Shown piece by piece: positions 57,041 to 64,000 of a stretch of 64,000 nucleotides of DNA. The stretch is from Candidatus Bathyarchaeia archaeon. Lineage in GTDB: Archaea > Thermoproteota > Bathyarchaeia > 40CM-2-53-6. The position numbers and the translations under genes are program-made. Numbering within the stretch: the stretch's first letter is position 1; each line of letters opens with the position of its first letter. The stretch spans positions 288,001 to 352,000 of the forward strand of contig JBEKVV010000002.1 of NCBI GenBank assembly GCA_049513715.1. The letters run 5' to 3'. Under the pieces are notes generated by a model. It was not told where the DNA came from and did no database searches. It saw only the letters and a list, made by a program, of their open reading frames with translations.

Positions 57041-59584
57041 TTGAATAGGTCCAGACAGTTAGGTGCACATCGACGCGCAATATTGGGCGCAATTTTCATC
57101 ATCACATCTATTGCGATTGCAAGTATACTTCCTGTCCAGGGCGCGATAAACTTTGGACGATGGCGCGACATTAATCCCGCGCAATATGCCGCGTCGCCTT
57201 TCAGTAATTTGCATGGGACCTACGTCAGGTCAGGCGGGACAGGTTCGATTGGTGCAGGCGATGGGTGGGCCGTCGGCGACAATGGTGTGATTCTTCATTA
57301 TGATGGATTCTCATGGAACTATCTAACTTCCCCCGCCGGGACCACAGTCAACTTCTACGGTGTAAGTTTCGGTGCCCCTGCTGGAGCCCCAAACGCAATC
57401 AACAGTCCGAACGGTGATGGGAGTGACGGATGGATAGTCGGAGGCATTCCGGGGACTGCAAGCGCCGCTGTTGCACTTTACTGGGATGGGTCCGGCCTTA
57501 CACAAGTTAGCAGTTGCATTGGTGAGGTCTTCTACTCCGTTTTCGTAGCTGTTCACTTTGTGCCGGGTTCGCCGTCGACAGCTACCGATGTTCTGTTGGC
57601 GGGGACCGACAATGCTGGACAAGGTGCAATATGGGAACTCACTGGTAGTCCAAAGCTTTCACCAGGCTGCGTCCCGGTTCAAACCTTTGCTGCCACCACA
57701 GCTATGAATTCAATCTACATGTTCAAAGACGGGAGCAGCGTGCAACATGGATTTGCTGTTGGTAACGGCGGGATCATAGCGTGGATACCTCCTAGCGTCG
57801 CCGGCCCATGGTCAGTCCAGGAAGCTCCCGGCGCTGTGACCGCTAATGATCTGTTATCCGTCTTCGTGGACAACGGGAACCCCTTTGACGCTTGGGCAGT
57901 GGGTAAGTTAGGGACCATCCTTTGGTTTGCATCAGGAGTTTGGGCCGCTGTCTCACCCGCGGCTTGCTTGGGTCCCCCTGCTTTCGCATCTGTCGCTCTA
58001 GTAAGTACCAGTGAAGGGTGGATAGTCGGAAGCACGGGAGCGATAGTTCATGGAATAAATCTTGGGTCGGGTAACAATTGGGGCTGCCTCGCTCCGAACG
58101 CTTCACCTACGAACATTAACCTGAACGGCGTAAGTCTCACGGGGAGCGGAAATGGATGGGCCGTCGGCGACCACGGCGTAATACTCCATTATGATGGGTC
58201 GGCATGTTTCGGCGTTAATCCTTGCTGGGGCGCAAGCACCAGTCCAACGGTGACTCCTTCTCTCAACTCCGTCTTCGAAACATCACCCAGCGATGCTTGG
58301 GTCGTAGGATCCTTCGACACGACAGCCGTATTGAGCACAATTCTTCATTGGGACGGCAGCAAGTGGACGAGACCAAACGTGGGGGGTTCCTTCGATCTGT
58401 TCGGAGTTGGCATGGTAAGCTCAAGTGAGGGTTGGGCGGTAGGCAACATACACGCGACCACTAACCCCGCGACTCTTCATTTCACCGGGAATACATGGAC
58501 CCCTCAAGGCGCCCCGGTCTGTGTTTGCACCCTCCTTGCAGTTTCTATGCTCGGTTCAGGTGACGGATGGACGGTTGGAACGGGAGGTACGATTGCCGAA
58601 TTTCATCCCGGACCACCAGCGAATTGGGGTACTGTCTTCAGTCCCACAAGCAACAATCTCAATTCAGTGTTCATGATCGATTCGACTCATGGATGGGCTG
58701 TCGGAGATTCTGGGACTATTCTGACCTACACCACACCAGGGGGATGGACAAAGGTTGCAGACTCCGTGACCCCCTTGCATGGCGTGACTGCAGCGCTCTA
58801 TGGTGTTCAATTCAAAGATTCTCAGCATGGCGCTATCGTTGGAGCATCTGGAACAATACTAACGACGACCGACGGCGGCGCTTCTTGGGCTGGGGGAATG
58901 GGTCAAGTCCCAGGTACGATTACTTTGGAGTCTGTCTTCATTGATGCTTTCTCGCCAGGTGCGGGAAATGGTGACGGTTGGGCAGTGGGCTTCGATACAG
59001 GAACTACCAATGCAGTGTTCGTGCATTGGGACGGAAACGTCTGGAACATTGCCCCACTTTCGCCTCCTCTGAAAGCGGGTGCAGCTACTTTCGGTCAGCA
59101 ACTATTCTCAGTTTACCTTACTTCACCCACCGATGGGTTCGCTGTAGGCCAAGGTCCTGCTGGTGGCATTGGAACTGAGCTAGATGGGATCTTCCACCTA
59201 GACCCACCTAATCCGCCTACCCAAGGTCAGACCACTGTTAGTACCTCAGTTGTAACCGTCACAAGTTCTCCCACGTCAACTACGTCGGCCGCGTCGTCTA
59301 GTACCAGTTCTAGCATTAGCAGTAGTAGCAGTTCAAGTACGCCTGTGACCGTTCCTACATCCACTGTGACTACGGCTGTCACTTCGGTCGTAACTTCAGT
59401 TCGGACTTCAATTGGTGCAACCACTTCTCCACCGACCACATCTAGCTTATCATCCTCAACCTTCGCGCCACCTCAACAGCTACCAGCCATACCCGGATTT
59501 CCATGGGAATCAATAATCATCGGAGTAATTGTAGGCCTGACGATACTTGGAATAGCCAGACGCCGCAGACGCGAGCAAGACTAG
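57041..59584 (+). CDS. Paralogous 14-blade beta-propeller surface protein with PGF-CTERM
   Basis: Shared WRDINP start, 14 repeats, S/T linker, IPGFPWES-TM-RRRR. Confidence 0.85.
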   Translation: MNRSRQLGAHRRAILGAIFIITSIAIASILPVQGAINFGRWRDINPAQYAASPFSNLHGTYVRSGGTGSIGAGDGWAVGDNGVILHYDGFSWNYLTSPAGTTVNFYGVSFGAPAGAPNAINSPNGDGSDGWIVGGIPGTASAAVALYWDGSGLTQVSSCIGEVFYSVFVAVHFVPGSPSTATDVLLAGTDNAGQGAIWELTGSPKLSPGCVPVQTFAATTAMNSIYMFKDGSSVQHGFAVGNGGIIAWIPPSVAGPWSVQEAPGAVTANDLLSVFVDNGNPFDAWAVGKLGTILWFASGVWAAVSPAACLGPPAFASVALVSTSEGWIVGSTGAIVHGINLGSGNNWGCLAPNASPTNINLNGVSLTGSGNGWAVGDHGVILHYDGSACFGVNPCWGASTSPTVTPSLNSVFETSPSDAWVVGSFDTTAVLSTILHWDGSKWTRPNVGGSFDLFGVGMVSSSEGWAVGNIHATTNPATLHFTGNTWTPQGAPVCVCTLLAVSMLGSGDGWTVGTGGTIAEFHPGPPANWGTVFSPTSNNLNSVFMIDSTHGWAVGDSGTILTYTTPGGWTKVADSVTPLHGVTAALYGVQFKDSQHGAIVGASGTILTTTDGGASWAGGMGQVPGTITLESVFIDAFSPGAGNGDGWAVGFDTGTTNAVFVHWDGNVWNIAPLSPPLKAGAATFGQQLFSVYLTSPTDGFAVGQGPAGGIGTELDGIFHLDPPNPPTQGQTTVSTSVVTVTSSPTSTTSAASSSTSSSISSSSSSSTPVTVPTSTVTTAVTSVVTSVRTSIGATTSPPTTSSLSSSTFAPPQQLPAIPGFPWESIIIGVIVGLTILGIARRRRREQD

Positions 59585-59724
59585 GCCCGCTCAACCCAAG
59601 GGCAGAAGCACAGCATTCAACAACCCACGATCCAAAGAATCAAGCACGACCAACAATACCCACAACCACTTCACGCTACCAACCAAGCGTGAACTCTACC
59701 CTGTTAGTCGACCTAGCAATCTAA

Positions 59725-59913
59725 TCATCCGATGAGGCACAAAACGCCGATCGCTGCATGCCCCTCAAAGGGGATTGAGTACAACAAGCGCCATTGGTAC
59801 CGTTGGTCGAGTAACACCGTGGTTACAGACCCTGCGGTTAGCCACGCGGCCAACATTGTCGCTGCTTGTGGATTGTACTTGGCGAGAAACGTGCCGCCGA
59901 GAATTGTGAGCAT
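59725..59913 (-). pseudogene. Possible fragment of a polytopic membrane protein
   Basis: Short hydrophobic ORF with WRLLY.IPF; no clear start. Confidence 0.3.
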
Positions 59914-60179
59914 TAAAGGCCACGGGTATGAGAGTGTTGCCCCAACGTGCTTTTGCAGAGTGAGGGGACCCAGGTACGATCAAGCGAATTTGTCCTTTTC
60001 GTAGGAGGTCGTTATCTGGTGCGCTTATAGTCAATAATGCTGATACACGAAAAAGTGTCGAGCCATGTAAACATTAAAGGGGCATAGTCGCTGCGCATGC
60101 GGCTCGGCTTTAAATACCCGCAATGAAGAATTTCAGCCCCTTGAATGTTTAGGTTCAAACCGGAGCGGATCTGAGCCAA

Positions 60180-61454
60180 ATGCGTCTGACCATTGAGATA
60201 CCGTCGATGCCGAAGGTTCGTTTCAGACGCAAGTGGCTATTGGTAGCTCTGCTATCGTTGTTATTCCTGCAGCAGGCAACTCAGCCAGTCATCCTGTCGG
60301 TGCTCTCTTTCAAGATTCCAACGGTGTCAATGCCAATGATCAGGCCCGTGGCAGCCTTGGTTACTACGACAACTTCGGTGTCGCCTAATCCGTCAGCAGT
60401 CATAGTCGGCAACAACATTGCCTTTACGGCAACCGTAACTGATCCTTCAGGAAGTCCAATCACTCCTACTGGCAGCGTGAACTGGGATGATGATGTCGCC
60501 GGCGGCACCTTTAGTGAAAGCGGGAACTGCACGTTATCCCCAGTCTCGTCCTCAATAGGGTCGTGCACGATAATCTACACGCCTCCCAACGCTGCTGCGT
60601 CGGTTACGATAACCGCAGCATACCAAGGGGATGGCGTGCACTCTCAAAGCTCTGGTACTTCATCGTTGGCCGTAGCAGCTGAGACTCAAGCCACTGAGAC
60701 CTTCACTACGACTGTAGCTACTGAGTCTAGTACTTTGACGACTACTGTTGCAACAGAATATTCCACTTTGACGACTACGCCTGTGACTGAGTCTAGTACT
60801 TTGACGACTACTGTTGCAACAGAATATTCCACTTTGACGACTACGCCTGTGACTGAGTCTAGTACTTTGACGACTACTGTTGCAACAGAATATTCCACTT
60901 TGACGACTACTGTTGCAACAGAATATTCCACTTTGACGACTACGCCTGTGACTGAGTCTAGTACTTTGACGACTACTGTTGCAACAGAATATTCGACTTT
61001 GACTTCGCCAACTGTGACTGAGGTTTCGACTTTGACTTCGCCAACTGTGACTGAGGTTTCGACTTTGACTTCGCCAACTGTGACTGAGGTTTCGACTTTG
61101 ACGACTACTGTTGCATCATCATCAACATCATCAACATCATCAACATCATCAACATCATCAACATCGCATACGACCACCTTAGCGACCGTCCAGATCAACG
61201 TGAACCTCTTTCCGGGTGGTCCATTAGGAACTGTCTTGGTTCAGGTGTGTACTGTCGCAGATTGCTCTAGTGGTGTTTTGAATTCTCATTCAATCACGCT
61301 AAATGGGCGCTTGCAGGCTATAACGTTCGTAATCTCTGTTCCGCCTAACACAGTATATGTACAGGTCACTGGAATCTCAGCCAGCATTCACACCCAAACG
61401 AGAACTGTCACATTCGGGCCGTCCCCACAAATAGTAAACATTGTAATGTCCTAA
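60180..61454 (+). CDS. Exported Ig-like protein with Thr-rich 11-aa tandem repeats
   Basis: RR-hydrophobic leader; FTATV...PTGSV.W...ITAAYQGD Ig-like domain; repeat stalk. Confidence 0.8.
   Translation: MRLTIEIPSMPKVRFRRKWLLVALLSLLFLQQATQPVILSVLSFKIPTVSMPMIRPVAALVTTTTSVSPNPSAVIVGNNIAFTATVTDPSGSPITPTGSVNWDDDVAGGTFSESGNCTLSPVSSSIGSCTIIYTPPNAAASVTITAAYQGDGVHSQSSGTSSLAVAAETQATETFTTTVATESSTLTTTVATEYSTLTTTPVTESSTLTTTVATEYSTLTTTPVTESSTLTTTVATEYSTLTTTVATEYSTLTTTPVTESSTLTTTVATEYSTLTSPTVTEVSTLTSPTVTEVSTLTSPTVTEVSTLTTTVASSSTSSTSSTSSTSSTSHTTTLATVQINVNLFPGGPLGTVLVQVCTVADCSSGVLNSHSITLNGRLQAITFVISVPPNTVYVQVTGISASIHTQTRTVTFGPSPQIVNIVMS
60699..61165 (+). repeat. Coding minisatellite: 12 x 33 bp plus 5 x 9 bp
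   Basis: Units starting ACTTTGAC at 33-bp spacing; CATCATCAA x5 at 61117-61161. Confidence 0.92.
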
Positions 61455-61518
61455 TCTCCGACGTTCCCCCAACCCCAGAGATTCCTGATCGTCTACTGAA
61501 CGTCTGGGGAATGCGACC

Positions 61519-61663
61519 CCATCTAGCCTGTCGTCATCGACATTCGTGCCACCTGGACAGATTTCACCCACACGGTTTTCGTTGGGAATCAACCCTCGCA
61601 GGAATCATCATAGGCCTAGCAACACTCGCAATCACCAGACGACACCGCCACGAACGAACCTAA
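61519..61663 (+). pseudogene. Degenerate PGF-CTERM tail paralogous to the 3' end of 57041..59584
   Basis: SSLSSSTFVPPGQ.. then (frameshift) GFRWESTLAGIIIGLATLAITRRHRHERT*. Confidence 0.75.
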
Positions 61664-61772
61664 CACCCAAGAAGCGCAACCTATCCATCTCAAAGTACTC
61701 GACTTGGCCGCGCACGTCGGGCACTTAAGGGCCTAGTCATTTTCACTTGAAGGCCCAATTGAGTAATGCCTT

Positions 61773-62018
61773 TCATCCCGTTCTTTGCGCTCTTGAACTT
61801 TCAGGCGAAACTTGTTGACTAGCCCGGGCTAAATCGTCGATAATATTCTTTGGTATAATCTCTCGTTTGGATTTCAAAGCCTTAGAGAACTCGTTCGCTG
61901 TCGCCTTAGCAATCGCATCTGCGACGCGCTCGTACTGCATCGACCATTTCCTAACCATTGTTTCATCAGGTTTCTTTCCTAGCTTCTCGCATTCCCTAAT
62001 CTCTTCGAGTGCCTTCAC
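61773..62018 (-). CDS. Hypothetical helical protein
   Basis: 81 aa charged ORF; frame stays open to a CTG at 62111. Confidence 0.45.
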   Translation of the reverse strand: MKALEEIRECEKLGKKPDETMVRKWSMQYERVADAIAKATANEFSKALKSKREIIPKNIIDDLARASQQVSPESSRAQRTG

Positions 62019-62222
62019 TATGGGAGTTGAATACCTAAAGATACGCGTCAGTTCACGTGGATCGATGCCCCTGCTCCTGATGGCACCGCTCGGATATCTG
62101 ACATTATTCAGTGCAATAGGCTGTTAACTCTGAGCCCGTAGTCTTCTAGAAAGTGACATGGTTTTGCGTGTTTTTGCGGGTAGGTTTATCAACGCAAATT
62201 CCGTCTCCCACCTCGATTAGCG

Positions 62223-62783
62223 TTGAAAGTCAAATCATTGGTCACATTCTGCATAATGTTCGCAGCTCTTCTGGCGATATCAAGTATCGGTGCCGTTGCT
62301 TCGTCAACTACCCCACAAGACTCATCCACTCTATCCTTCACCGTTACCACAACTACGAACTATCAGGTGACCAATGGTGGGCCTTTGGCTGTAAACTTCG
62401 ACTCAATTCAGTATACTCAGATGCCACCACAGGCGTACTCGTTCGGAGTCTTCGCCAAGACCTATCCTGGGTTTTGGATTACGAACCTTCATTGGGTATT
62501 TGGAGACGGGGCGATCAAAGATGTTCCTTACTGCTGCCAAACCCAGGTAAGCGAAGTCCAATACCATGCCTATCCTGCGCCTGGGCAGTACACGGTTTAC
62601 GTGGTTGCGTACGATAATGCGGGCAATTTCGGAACCGCTCAAGTGACCGTCAACTGGGCAACACCGATTCCGGAGTATCCCAGCTACGGCCTACCACTGA
62701 TGGCGTCGATTCTGGTCTTGATCGTGGCGCTAGCGTCGCTCCGAAAGCTGAAATCAACATCCATCCCAACCCTTCGCCTCTAG
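62223..62783 (+). CDS. Secreted PKD-domain protein with PEF-CTERM-like tail
   Basis: Signal peptide; W.FGDG...H.Y..PG.YTV; IPEYP-TM-RK. Confidence 0.85.
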   Translation: MKVKSLVTFCIMFAALLAISSIGAVASSTTPQDSSTLSFTVTTTTNYQVTNGGPLAVNFDSIQYTQMPPQAYSFGVFAKTYPGFWITNLHWVFGDGAIKDVPYCCQTQVSEVQYHAYPAPGQYTVYVVAYDNAGNFGTAQVTVNWATPIPEYPSYGLPLMASILVLIVALASLRKLKSTSIPTLRL

Positions 62784-63250
62784 ACAGAATGACTCTGCTA
62801 TGGATCATGTCCCTGACTTCGCCGTCGAACCAGATTTCGTTAAATCTCTTGGCTCCTCGTTGAATCGCGTATAGGACTGCGAAACGTCGGTCGGGGTCTC
62901 CCGCCTTAACCTTCTGCGCGCTGTTCGAGTGTACCTTCCGTCCGTGATGGGTACATAGGTACACCAGTAAACCTATTTACATTTTCAAACAGCAGGCAGG
63001 TGAGCATCCAATTAACCCAGCCAGAACTGGAAGGGAGCCATTATGCAACCCGAAACGACATCATCCCGCCCACCAATAGGCTACATTTCAACCCACAGGG
63101 GGCAGAAAACGCACGTTACACGAGTGCCTCGATCGGAGCCTCTGATTGGTTAGGCTAACCGCTTTTGGCTTAGTTTTTCCTTGGTTTTTTTTCGTCTAGT
63201 TTAGAGATTGCCTGTTCGTAACGCTCAAAATGTGTATGTGATTATATCAT

Positions 63251-63648
63251 ATGGCATGGATCAAGTGTTGCATGGACAGTGAAATTCAGGCACTATTCAT
63301 CGCGTCAGTCGATGAAGTCCTAAAAGACCTGCTAGGCATCAAAGTACGGCAGACAATTTACAACTGCCTAGAGGAGAAAGGTATTCGCAGAGAAGAAATG
63401 CCCAGTCATCTCGATCACCTAACTCCTTCCTAGATCAAAACCTTGGCGAAGGCGGTAAAATCGTTCAGAAGCATATTGCTAGGAGACTCTACGCAAAACT
63501 CGGATGGCAAATGGTTGATGTTCCGACTTCTAATCTCTCAGACTACGTTGAACAGGCTTCACAGAAAATTCGCAGACATGTGAATTGGCAAACACCGGAA
63601 AACCACTATGCCGAACTCGATGATTTGCTGCCAAATCCGATTCCTTGA
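63251..63648 (+). pseudogene. Frameshifted NitrOD5/DUF3227-like protein
   Basis: VDEVL..LLG...IY..LE continues after a frameshift near 63420 as FLDQNLGEGGKIVQKHIARRLYAKLG. Confidence 0.65.
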
Positions 63649-64000
63649 ATTCTTGTGATCCCGCATTTCGCAAGTAACCGTCAACCGGTTCACGCCCATT
63701 CCAGAATAACTCCAGCTACCCTCTACCCTTGCTAGCCTCACTCCTCGTATTGTTCATTGCATTGGCATCCCTACGTAGAGTACGAGCTCCTTTCCTTCCA
63801 ACGCGTGCATAAGGGCTAAGTTTCGACAAACGCGCCTTGGGCGTGCACCCTGAATATCCTGTGAGCAACTTGGCCTTCAGCATTCCTGCAGGTGCGCAAT
63901 CTTCTCACGAAATTGTTTGTGGTCCCATCTTGCGCGCTTTGGGTGGCCAACACTAGTGCTCACGCGGCCTTCACTATCCGATATCAAAAAAATACAGGAA

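Noticed and set aside
54114..59584. Diversity-generating retroelement acting on the propeller genes
   Set aside because: No reverse transcriptase and no near-identical TR/VR pair with adenine-specific differences seen
60699..61165. CRISPR array
   Set aside because: Units are contiguous, in frame and lack unique spacers; no cas genes in the window
62650..62964. HxlR-like winged-helix gene
   Set aside because: Only a short RFNEI-like similarity, and it overlaps the PKD gene; at best a remnant
63650..64000. Gene running off the window end
   Set aside because: No convincing open frame or motif

Overview
Archaeal chromosomal segment, most consistent with a TACK archaeon such as Ca. Bathyarchaeia. 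This is an inference from gene content (TFE, MBF1, NAC, aTrm56, eL38, A-type ATPase A/B/D, AMP phosphorylase, Rpn11-like JAMM, NitrOD5-like domain, intron-containing tRNA-Val). About 1-51 kb is mostly housekeeping and metabolic, including divergent ppsA/ppdK, guaA, GGT plus 5-oxoprolinase, mdh and larB/larE. It has a small accessory patch at 18.4-20.9 kb. About 51-64 kb is accessory: a toxin-antitoxin/IS-remnant island, then a cell-surface locus with two paralogous 14-blade beta-propeller PGF-CTERM proteins around an unannotated RHH regulator, a tandem-repeat Ig-like protein followed by a fossil sorting signal, and a PKD/PEF-CTERM protein. The best novelty candidates are the propeller locus, an RHH-nucleotidyltransferase fusion next to ppsA/ppdK, a palindrome array and multi-stem element at 19.7-20.2 kb, recurrent CTG starts, a GT21-like/radical SAM pair and a Doc toxin with a micro-antitoxin candidate. 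All calls come from reading motifs by eye; no searches were run.
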